From the NCBI GenBank assembly GCA_902384455.1, contig CABMCB010000094.1:32001-96000 (forward strand): 64,000 bases of DNA. Reading direction: 5' to 3'. Origin of the DNA: an uncultured archaeon. Lineage in GTDB: Archaea > Altiarchaeota > Altiarchaeia > IMC4 > SCGC-AAA252-I15. Within the stretch, counting starts at the first letter, position 1. Each line of letters opens with the position of its first letter. Under the pieces are notes generated by a model. It did no database searches. It had not been told where the DNA came from and saw only the letters and a list, made by a program, of their open reading frames with translations. The position numbers were made by a program, and so were the translations under genes. Shown one piece after another: positions 9,366 to 17,680 of the stretch.

Positions 9366-10784
9366 ATGAACTTTCGAGCCCTCGTAGTCTTGGTCTTTCT
9401 GTCCCAGGCGGCGGCAGCACTCGGCTATACGAACCTGCCTCAGATGAACCTGACAATAGCCACGCCGCCCTACCAAGTAGTCTGGGGCTACAACCTGGTT
9501 CGCGGCAATTCCACGAGCGGGCCGCCCAACGGGACCGTCCTCTCCCAGGGTTCGGGGTTCACGGACGCGTGGGTGAAGATACTGGCGTTGGACAAGGCCG
9601 TATTCGACAGCGAGATCAACTCCTCGTACGCGTCAAGGCAGGGGCAAGTGCTCTCCAAGTACGGCTACACGCCAGTCTGTCCGCCCTCGGACTACTGCTG
9701 GCCAAGCTGCATAGGCACGCGATACGAGTACGCAGGCTCGACAGGAAGATTCACCCTCTTCGCCAACGGGCAGTTGCAGGGCAGCAACGCGATACAGGGC
9801 TACAGCATTCCTGACACGGCAACTCAATTGAATCTTAACGCGCAACTAAACGTGGACACGCGGTGCAGGAAATACAAGCTCAGGTTGCGCGTAGATCCGA
9901 ACACCGGGCTGAGGTACTGCAATGAACGCTACTTCGGCGTGGTGACGTTCAGCGGGGTCGTAAGCGATAAGGCAGCCTACGGTCTCTTCGACCTTAAGCC
10001 GCAGGCTAACGTTTCCTTTCAGCGCATCGCCCAAGACGTTTCCGAAATCAGCCGAGGAAGGCTGACTGTCAGAACGGCAGCGCCCTACTCCAATCTCACG
10101 TTCATTCTGGGAAACAACTCCCTGTCCTACTCCGGGAACGCCTACGACGTCGGCTACTACCTACCCGACTACAACCTCCTGAGGGTAAGCACATACGGCC
10201 TCTCGAGGATAACGCAGTACGGCCTATTCTCAAACGTTTCAAGAGCCAGAGAAAACGGGAGCGGGGTCGTGGTTACAGACGTGGATTTCACTTTGACGTA
10301 TGGCGAAACCAAGGCCCTACTTCAAAGGAGGATATGTAGGCTCATCGTCGAAGACTTGTTCAAGCGGCAGTACGTGCTCGAAAATCTCTGTCCAACGGAC
10401 TGGAAGCAGCCTGTAATCGACGCCTCGACCAACGGCAGGATATTCGCCGACAACGGCGAAGTAAACATATCCGTATCTTTGGCTTACAACGGAACCCAGA
10501 TTCCGGGCAGACGGGTGTTTGTTCGCTACGCGAATAGACAATACGCTAAGACTACGGACTCTAATGGCAAGGCGGACTTCGTCTTCAACGCGGAGTATCC
10601 AAACAATAGGGTAGAGGTCGAGTTTCCCGGCGACGGCGTTTACCTAGGTTGCTCCAAGACGGTCTTGATAGCCGTTTCAGACTCCGAGGTGAAAGATCTG
10701 TTGGCTCAGATACTGCCTGCCTTTCTGGTATTCGTAATATCGGTCTACGGGGCGTATCGGATGCTCAAGTTCTGGGGGTTATAA
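9366..10784 (+). CDS. Secreted, C-terminally membrane-anchored protein with Ig-like domain (putative mating-pair/adhesin)
   Basis: True start MNFRALVVL (ATG 9366) with a signal peptide. Ig-like motif TTDSNGKADF and a C-terminal TM helix. Confidence 0.65.
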   Translation: MNFRALVVLVFLSQAAAALGYTNLPQMNLTIATPPYQVVWGYNLVRGNSTSGPPNGTVLSQGSGFTDAWVKILALDKAVFDSEINSSYASRQGQVLSKYGYTPVCPPSDYCWPSCIGTRYEYAGSTGRFTLFANGQLQGSNAIQGYSIPDTATQLNLNAQLNVDTRCRKYKLRLRVDPNTGLRYCNERYFGVVTFSGVVSDKAAYGLFDLKPQANVSFQRIAQDVSEISRGRLTVRTAAPYSNLTFILGNNSLSYSGNAYDVGYYLPDYNLLRVSTYGLSRITQYGLFSNVSRARENGSGVVVTDVDFTLTYGETKALLQRRICRLIVEDLFKRQYVLENLCPTDWKQPVIDASTNGRIFADNGEVNISVSLAYNGTQIPGRRVFVRYANRQYAKTTDSNGKADFVFNAEYPNNRVEVEFPGDGVYLGCSKTVLIAVSDSEVKDLLAQILPAFLVFVISVYGAYRMLKFWGL

Positions 10785-11690
10785 ATGAGGAAACTAGTTC
10801 TAGCTGTCCTGAGTATAGCGTTCGCCACCTCCACAGCCTCAGCGGACTTGATAGGGGACTTGGGAAAGACTCTTGTCGAGGCGGTGTATACGCCAGCCTA
10901 CAACGCAGTATACGCCCTGCTCACGGCGTTCATGCAGCTTGTTTTGGATATCCTAGTCTGGAACCCTCCGCTCGACTCCGCATATGACGCCTGGAGCATA
11001 GTGCGGACCGTCATAACGTCGATGTACCTCGTGGTGTTGACGTATGCAGGCCTCAAGTTGATGGCGGGAACGATGGTCGGGGAGAATGAGCGGTCTACGC
11101 TGAAGAAGTGGGTCGGCGGCTCGATACTCTCCCTACTCCTCGTGAACATGTCCTATGTCTTGTACGAGTCGGTCATCCAGCTTAACGTGGGCCTGTCTGC
11201 GCTCGTCTACAAGCAGCCAAACATCCAGGGGTTCATAGCGGCATCCGCCGCCTTCATCATACTCCTCTCCTTGCAGACCTCAATCGTGATGCTGGTCATC
11301 CTCCTATTGATAGTGAGGACGCTATTAGTTTTGGTCGGCGTGGTACTGTTCCCTATAGGCATCTTCCTCTACTATCTCCCGCCGACGAGAAGGTTCGGGA
11401 AGCTGATAATCACCGTCATATTCGCCAACATATTCATCCAGTTCTTCGAGGTCCTATGCCTCAGGGTCTGCCTGGACATGTTCGGCGCCATCGGCGGAAG
11501 CTTCACTAGCTCAGTCTTTAACACCATGTTCGGCATGGCGATGATGCTCCTGATGCTCTTCGTGCCTCTAGTGTCCTACGGCTTCGCTACTCTGACAGGG
11601 ATGATACTACAAAAGGCCACGGAAGTCGTAACAAACGTCGTCCCCATGCCCGTACACCTTGACACGTTCAGGACGAGGGGGAAGCAGTAG
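10785..11690 (+). CDS. VirB6/TrbL-like polytopic T4SS membrane protein
   Basis: Multiple TM helices, the motif RTLLV..GVVLFPIGI...LPPTRRF, and its position between the pilin and PrgI/VirB4. Confidence 0.7.
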   Translation: MRKLVLAVLSIAFATSTASADLIGDLGKTLVEAVYTPAYNAVYALLTAFMQLVLDILVWNPPLDSAYDAWSIVRTVITSMYLVVLTYAGLKLMAGTMVGENERSTLKKWVGGSILSLLLVNMSYVLYESVIQLNVGLSALVYKQPNIQGFIAASAAFIILLSLQTSIVMLVILLLIVRTLLVLVGVVLFPIGIFLYYLPPTRRFGKLIITVIFANIFIQFFEVLCLRVCLDMFGAIGGSFTSSVFNTMFGMAMMLLMLFVPLVSYGFATLTGMILQKATEVVTNVVPMPVHLDTFRTRGKQ

Positions 11691-12551
11691 ATGGCGTACG
11701 ACATACCGCAGGAATTGAAGTACAAGGAGATATTCGCCTACGGCATGACCTTAAAGCAGTTCATCTACGGGGCGATATTCGGCATGGCGGCGGTCCTGAT
11801 ACTGTCGCAAGACAAGATTCCGTGGGAAATAGGGGCGGTCGCCGGAATCGTCCTCATGGGCATTGCGGTGCTCCTCGGATTCTTCGACTTCGACAAGAAG
11901 ATAATCGAGTTCATATCCTACCTGCGAACCCCGAAGAACATAACGTTCCTGACGAAGGAGGCCTCCCAGTTCCTCGGCGTAAAGTACCTCAAGGACTCGG
12001 CGATAGTGCTCAAAGACGGCACCCTCGTTGGCGTACTCAAAGTAGAGGCCATAAACTTCTCCATCCTCTCCAAGGAGCAGAAGGACGCGGTGATACACAA
12101 CTTCATGAACTTCCTGAACTCTCTGGGCTTCAGGATACAGATCATAATGCGGACGGTGACATTGGACATGACCCCGTACCTTAGGAACATGGAATCCAAG
12201 ACGTCCGCCAACGCAGAAGGCGGCCTCGCCGAGTCCTACAGCCTAAAGGAGTTTCTCCAAAACTACGTCCAAACGAACAAGGTGACAGACAGGGTATTCT
12301 ACATAGCAGTGCCCCTGAGAAACGCAGGCCCTTCCGTCAAAACGATCAGGGGATCGGGTAAAGAGTCGCTTGCGTTCAGGGAGCTTGAGGAGAGGATGGA
12401 AGTCGTCCGCGAGTGGCTCTCAAAGTCGATGCTCAACTCAAAGAGACTGGACAACACAGGCCTTCTGGCGTTCTTGGCCTCGTTCTTCGACGACGGCGTT
12501 AAGCTGGATGCGGGATGCACAAGTCCCTACACGGACTATAAAGGTGACTAG
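11691..12551 (+). CDS. PrgI/VirB3-like protein with TraE-associated C-terminal domain
   Basis: YDIPQELKYKE..AYGMTLKQF plus two TMs (PrgI signature), then VLKVEAINFSILSKEQ...FLNSL.F.IQI. Confidence 0.75.
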   Translation: MAYDIPQELKYKEIFAYGMTLKQFIYGAIFGMAAVLILSQDKIPWEIGAVAGIVLMGIAVLLGFFDFDKKIIEFISYLRTPKNITFLTKEASQFLGVKYLKDSAIVLKDGTLVGVLKVEAINFSILSKEQKDAVIHNFMNFLNSLGFRIQIIMRTVTLDMTPYLRNMESKTSANAEGGLAESYSLKEFLQNYVQTNKVTDRVFYIAVPLRNAGPSVKTIRGSGKESLAFRELEERMEVVREWLSKSMLNSKRLDNTGLLAFLASFFDDGVKLDAGCTSPYTDYKGD

Positions 12552-12552
12552 G

Positions 12553-14874
12553 ATGGTCTGGAAGAAGACGCCTAAGGAAAAGACTGACGAGGAGCTCGCG
12601 GAGGAGGCGAGGATAGAGGAAGGCCAACGTATGAACAGGATAATATTCCCCAACCTCATCCAGAACCGGATGAGCGAGGTCAAGATAAACGACAGATGGA
12701 ACAGGCTGATTTCTGCGGACGGCTACCCAAGAAGCGTCAGCGACGGCTGGCTTGACAAGCTGGTTTCCATGTCCGGCAACTTCGACATGGCGATACACAT
12801 AGAGCCTCTCGAGCTGAACAACGTAATGAACCAACTCAACAGGGAACTTAGAAAGCAGGCAAGCGACATAAACACCCTATCCAAGAAGGGCGAGATAATC
12901 CCGACGTCCCTCCAAATCCAGCACGAGGACACCAAAAGCGTCCTACGCGTCATCCAGAAGGGCGAGGAAAAGATGTTCAACGTATCGATATACGTCAGCC
13001 CCAAGGCCGAAAGCCTGGAAGAACTCGAACTGCTGACTAAAAGAGTCAATGCGACGTTGAACAGCGTGATGATAGTACCTAAGATACCGACGATGCGAAT
13101 GCTCGACGGCCTGAAAAGCATCCTGCCTTTCGCGCAAGACAAACTCAAGATAACGAGAAACATCACTTCCTCGGCGTTGGCCGCCTGCTTCCCCTTCACC
13201 ACGTCGGGCCTCAAGATAGAGGATAATGGCGTGATGTTCGGCGTAAACTCGAACAACAAAATCCCCGTGATAATAGACCCGTTCGAACTCAACAATCCCA
13301 ACGGGCTAATCCTGGCTACGTCAGGCGCGGGCAAGAGCTTCTTCGTCAAGATATTCGAGATACGGGAGCTATTGCAGGGCGTAAACGTCATAAACCTAGA
13401 CCCACAGGGCGAGTACACCAAACTCACCGAAGCCTACCACGGGCAGTCAATCAAGATATCCAAGGACTCGGACACCGTCATAAACCCCTTTGACATGATG
13501 GGCATGGACTACGCGGACAAGATAGCTTCGCTGCATTCGCTGATGCACACGATAGTTGAGGACATAACCTCGCCGCAGCAGGCCCTCCTCGACGACGCAT
13601 TCAGGAGAATCTATCTCGAGGCGGGGATAACCGAGGAGAAACACACGTGGAACAACACGCCGCCCACGTTCAGCGACCTCTATTCCGTGATCAAGGGGAA
13701 GGAGTCGGACGAAAACCACTTTACTCGGGCCTCGGCCATGGCGTTGACTAACCGCCTCAGGATGTTCACCGAAGGGTCGCTCAAGTTTCTGAACCAGCAG
13801 ACGGACTTGGACTTCGACAACCGCATGGTGACGTTCGACATAAGCCAGGTGCCTAAACTCGCCAAACCCGCGATGATGTACACAATCCTGGAGTACATAA
13901 TGCACAAGATGAAGCATGACATGAAGCGGAAGATATTCGTCATAGACGAAACTTGGCTGCTCCTACAGCATCCGCAGGCCGCAGAACGGATATTTGAGAT
14001 AGTCAAGACTAGCAGGAAATACAACATGAGCTTCATCCTCATAACTCAGGAGGTGAATGACCTCCTGAGTTCACAGGCCGGAAACTCCGTTCTCGCCAAC
14101 ACAGCCTGGAAGCTGCTCCTAAGACAAGACCCCTCGGTAATCGACTCCGTATCCAAGACGTTCAAGCTCAACTACGGCGAAACCATGCTGTTGATGAACG
14201 CCCAACCCGGCGAAGGGATACTCATGGCGTACAACAACCACATACCGTTGAAGGTCATCGCCTCCAAGAGGGAGTACGACATAGTGACGACTAAGCCAGA
14301 AGACCTACTCAAGCTGGAGCCTAAGACGCAGCCGCAAAAGCTGGAAACTTTGGAAGAGCCCAAGAAACGGTTCGACATAACAAGAAAACTCCACTTGAAA
14401 AGCGAGTTGACGCCAGGGCAGATAGACATACTCAAACGGAGCGGCTTCAAGGAAATACGGGACCCCAGTTTTGTCAAAGGACGCGGGCCGGTGTATCTTG
14501 TGAATAACACCACCGTAGAATCGGACGAACACTTCATCCTACGGCAGCTCGTCTACGACGAAATCAGGAAATACACCGGGGACTTGACGCACAACTTCAC
14601 CAAGGAACCGGACATAGTATTCAAGACCCCAGAAGGTAAAGCCATCGCAGTCGAGATAGAGACGGACAAGTCCCCCAAGTCCAAGGAGCAACTGGAGCTG
14701 AAACTGAGCATACTACAGAAATACGACGGATGGTTCTTCATACTCACAAACTACGAGTCCTTCCCCCACTACGGAACCTACGGGGAAACGATAACCCGGA
14801 CAAAAGTCCCGGAGAAGATCAAGTCATACTTCAGGACTCCCGGAAACGAACCAAACCCGGAAACGGCAACCTAA
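12553..14874 (+). CDS. virB4: VirB4/TraE-family conjugation ATPase with C-terminal PD-(D/E)xK-like domain
   Basis: Start MVWKK (ATG 12553). Walker A ATSGAGKS, DPQGEY, Walker B VIDETW, RKY...ITQ. The C-terminus has EPDIVF...IAVEIET. Confidence 0.85.
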   Translation: MVWKKTPKEKTDEELAEEARIEEGQRMNRIIFPNLIQNRMSEVKINDRWNRLISADGYPRSVSDGWLDKLVSMSGNFDMAIHIEPLELNNVMNQLNRELRKQASDINTLSKKGEIIPTSLQIQHEDTKSVLRVIQKGEEKMFNVSIYVSPKAESLEELELLTKRVNATLNSVMIVPKIPTMRMLDGLKSILPFAQDKLKITRNITSSALAACFPFTTSGLKIEDNGVMFGVNSNNKIPVIIDPFELNNPNGLILATSGAGKSFFVKIFEIRELLQGVNVINLDPQGEYTKLTEAYHGQSIKISKDSDTVINPFDMMGMDYADKIASLHSLMHTIVEDITSPQQALLDDAFRRIYLEAGITEEKHTWNNTPPTFSDLYSVIKGKESDENHFTRASAMALTNRLRMFTEGSLKFLNQQTDLDFDNRMVTFDISQVPKLAKPAMMYTILEYIMHKMKHDMKRKIFVIDETWLLLQHPQAAERIFEIVKTSRKYNMSFILITQEVNDLLSSQAGNSVLANTAWKLLLRQDPSVIDSVSKTFKLNYGETMLLMNAQPGEGILMAYNNHIPLKVIASKREYDIVTTKPEDLLKLEPKTQPQKLETLEEPKKRFDITRKLHLKSELTPGQIDILKRSGFKEIRDPSFVKGRGPVYLVNNTTVESDEHFILRQLVYDEIRKYTGDLTHNFTKEPDIVFKTPEGKAIAVEIETDKSPKSKEQLELKLSILQKYDGWFFILTNYESFPHYGTYGETITRTKVPEKIKSYFRTPGNEPNPETAT

Positions 14875-15293
14875 AACCAAAAACAATTAGAACGCCAATC
14901 AAAGCCAAACCGCTGTTCAATCTACAACCAACTACAACAGAAACGCCCAAAACAACAAACAAAGCCCAACCAAAGACTTTCAGAAAATGTATATTCCTCC
15001 TCTAATATCCTGGCTCGCCTACAGCCGCCTAGGACAGAAGCGGCTCAGAACCTATTGAAACACCAATAGCCCGGGGGGAAATACGCATTAAAACACGTCT
15101 TACACGGTGCAACATCAGGCCGACACTTTGTTGTGGTGGAGCGTCTGTTTGCTCTGGTGCGACTTAGGTTGTTGGTTGAAACACATGGTTTACCGGATAT
15201 AGTCTGGGCGCACCCGTTTATGACTTGTTCGTTTTGGGCTCCACCGCTTTTTATTTTAATGTGTTTTAATAGGTATGGTAGTTTAGGAAAGAG

Positions 15294-15347
15294 AGAATTA
15301 CACACAGTGTATAATACTCGCCAGTATTACACACAGTGTATAATTCT
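15294..15347. promoter_or_regulatory. Double palindromic operator-like site: two identical 19-bp ATTACACACAGTGTATAAT boxes within a 54-bp imperfect palindrome
   Basis: Copies at 15297-15315 and 15326-15344, with central AATACT-CGCC-AGTATT. Confidence 0.65.
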
Positions 15348-15667
15348 TCCTACTTCCAGAAAAGCCGGAAAAACGCGTTATGCAAGGCGCAGTAAGCGTT
15401 TTTACTGCTTTTAGAGCCTAAACATCCATACATGACATTTGCCTCAAAAAGGCAAATCGAAACCAATTTCCATTCCTTTGCCGTTGTGGTTACCCACCAT
15501 AGGCGTGCCTTGGCACAAGCAGTTCTGTATTCGCTAGTTGTGGAGGCCTGCAACACGAGGTTCCTTGTGATGGAACCTCATCCCCCGCAGCTCCGAACAA
15601 TTTTTAATACGCTAAATCCTTATAATTAGACACTCAAACGCCCAAAAAGGCCAAAAACCTTCATCAC

Positions 15668-15750
15668 GCGGGGGTGCCGGAGTGGTCAAACGGGCAGGGC
15701 TTAGGACCCTGTGGCGAAGGCCTACGCGAGTTCGAACCTCGTCCCCCGCA
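15668..15750 (+). tRNA. trnL: tRNA-Leu (anticodon TAG), long variable arm, CCA not encoded
   Basis: Acceptor GCGGGGG/CCCCCGC-A, D-loop GGAGTGGTCAAA, anticodon arm CAGGG-CTTAGGA-CCCTG, T-loop GTTCGAAC. Confidence 0.95.
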
Positions 15751-15952
15751 AACCTTTTTCTTTAGAAAAGAAAAAGCGCAACGAAGACGTCGGTCTTCGT
15801 GCGCACCGAGACGAATGTCTCGGTTGCGTTGATGGAAAAAGAAACTGTTTGTTTGAATGCTCGAACGGGGTGGGGTCAGGATTAACCTAAAACTGGGGGA
15901 GGGGTGTCCCCTCCCGCGGTTTGGTACTCGTCCCCCGCAAACCTTTTTCTTT
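15738..15952 (+). repeat. 26-bp direct repeat of the tRNA 3' end and T-tract (att-like), flanking a hairpin-rich insert
   Basis: CTCGTCCCCCGCAAACCTTTTTCTTT at 15738-15763 and 15927-15952. Confidence 0.85.
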
Positions 15953-15964
15953 CAGGTAGAGTGT

Positions 15965-17572
15965 TTACGTTAGGGGGTATGTTTCGTTGAACTGCGTTAG
16001 TATGCCGTATATCCGGTAGAAGCGTATTTTGTACTGCGGACCCCACGAGGCCTCAACTATTAGGGTGTTGTTGAATGTGTTCCTGTATTTTTCCTGAAAC
16101 ACGGTGTATTTCGGCAGGCTTGTGTCGGGTTGATAGTAATATAAGCATATTTTATCCAAAATCAGGTTTAGGTTTTCAGGTGTCGCCATCGTTTGGTCTA
16201 TCACACGCATTTTGAGGCCGGACAGGATGTAGGGGCTTATGCCCGGCGCTAGCACGTAGCATTCGCGGTTTATTGTGCCGTTTACCGTTAGGTTATGGAT
16301 TATCTCCGAGAACTGGTCGTTAGGGTGCTTGTTTACGGGAGGACTAAGCGTCAAATAATCGGTTGAGACAGCTAACGGATTTTGAAGGTTTAGGCCTCCT
16401 GTTAATGCGGATGCTGTAATTAGGAGTATGCATCCTGCGGCTGCTCTTTTTTGTTTTTCGTATTGCGTGGGTAGTATTTTGTTGAGGGCGTATCCTGCTG
16501 TGATGGCGAGTGAGGGGTATAGGACGATTAGGCGGCGTATGCTGTATCGTGTGTTGTAGTCTATCCACCATGCAGGGTAAAGCAGGAAAGGTAGTGTGAG
16601 CATTAGCAGTAGGATGAGTAGTTCGCGTTTTTTCCCTTTCTGCGCAAGTGTTATGAATCCTGCCGCCGAAAGCAGAAGCAGCAGCGGGCTGTGGTTGTTT
16701 GTGCCGGTTAAGTATCCTATGAAGCCCGTGAAGTTGGTGATGTACCGTTCTACGGTGAAGCCTATGTTGGAGTTTACGTCGCTGTGCAAAAGGGCTTGAA
16801 ACGCAAGCGGCACGATGAGTAGTGGGGGAATAATTCCCGGCAGAACATTCTTTAATTCGCTGCGTTTTGGAGCGAGAATTGCTATTAGAGGTATGAATGC
16901 CAGGCCGTTTTCCACCCTGAGGAATACGGCGTACGTCATGTATGAGACAGACGCGAACAGAAGGGCGTAGGAGGGTTTTCTTTTCCACGCTAAGGCCAAT
17001 GCGAACGAGGAGGTGATGAAGAACAATGCGGGAACCTCCGAGTTCGTGGATGAACCGTACGTTAGGTACAACGGCAAAACAGCGATGAAAACTCCGGAAA
17101 ACACTGCTCCAACTAAGCTGCCAAGCAGCAGATAAGCCAAAAACGCCACTGCGAGAGGAGTTAGTATTGCGGTTAACTTGGGGATTATGAAGACTGCGTT
17201 AGGGAATTCTCCCCAAAGCATATAGGAGGGGGATAAAAGCATCGCCTGCCCGGGAGGGTGATAAGGGAGATTGAACGCCGGACATACGTGCACGTCGCCC
17301 ATTTGACAGGTGCCGTATATGTGGCGGACAATCATCGTTTCAGCCGCCGCCATATCCTCCCACTCATCGTAACTCACTTGATGCCTAAGAGGAACAGAAA
17401 GATTAGTCCAACAAGAAACAACAAGAAGAAACAACACCGCATAAACGACTTTTTTCTGCCTTATTCGGCCGCCGAAAACTTCCAGCAAATCTGAAAAAGC
17501 GAACGGAGTGGCTGCGAGGACCATCAGCAGGCTTAAAGCTGCCGTTTGGAAGAGTATGACTTCTAGCATCAC
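15965..17572 (-). CDS. GT-C fold (PMT/ArnT-like) membrane glycosyltransferase
   Basis: YDE motif after the first TMs, HPPG motif, many TM helices and a soluble C-terminal domain. Confidence 0.7.
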   Translation of the reverse strand: MMLEVILFQTAALSLLMVLAATPFAFSDLLEVFGGRIRQKKVVYAVLFLLVVSCWTNLSVPLRHQVSYDEWEDMAAAETMIVRHIYGTCQMGDVHVCPAFNLPYHPPGQAMLLSPSYMLWGEFPNAVFIIPKLTAILTPLAVAFLAYLLLGSLVGAVFSGVFIAVLPLYLTYGSSTNSEVPALFFITSSFALALAWKRKPSYALLFASVSYMTYAVFLRVENGLAFIPLIAILAPKRSELKNVLPGIIPPLLIVPLAFQALLHSDVNSNIGFTVERYITNFTGFIGYLTGTNNHSPLLLLLSAAGFITLAQKGKKRELLILLLMLTLPFLLYPAWWIDYNTRYSIRRLIVLYPSLAITAGYALNKILPTQYEKQKRAAAGCILLITASALTGGLNLQNPLAVSTDYLTLSPPVNKHPNDQFSEIIHNLTVNGTINRECYVLAPGISPYILSGLKMRVIDQTMATPENLNLILDKICLYYYQPDTSLPKYTVFQEKYRNTFNNTLIVEASWGPQYKIRFYRIYGILTQFNETYPLT

Positions 17573-17629
17573 GGGAAAGGGATTAAGCGTACGCTAACTA
17601 GAAATAGGAGAGATAATAGAAAAATGGGG

Positions 17630-17670
17630 GAAGAAGGCCCCTGAAAAGCGGGGCCTTCCTTCTTTTTATT
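17630..17670. terminator. Hairpin/T-tract terminator-like element downstream of dsbA
   Basis: GAAGGCCC...GGGCCTTC inverted repeat followed by a T-rich tract. Confidence 0.45.
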
Positions 17671-17680
17671 GCGTTTGCCT

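Larger units (their letters stand above)
160..15350. mobile_element. Integrated conjugative-type element / defence island; left border not in window, right border approximate
   Basis: T4SS gene set plus R-M cargo, a compositional shift near 6.6 kb, and location just upstream of a tRNA. No integrase, relaxase or VirD4 is seen in the window. Confidence 0.65.

Noticed and set aside
14880-15660. Short ORFs between virB4 and the tRNA
   Set aside because: They overlap one another and have no motifs or clear RBS, so the stretch is treated as non-coding or decayed.
15905-15919. TGTCCCCTCCCGCGG resembles the 15-bp cassette motif
   Set aside because: The match is only partial and GC-rich, is part of a local hairpin, and is in a different context; probably chance.
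15738-15952. tRNA 3' duplication as the attL/attR pair of the large conjugative element
   Set aside because: The two copies enclose only 189 bp and both lie downstream of the element, so they cannot be its two borders.
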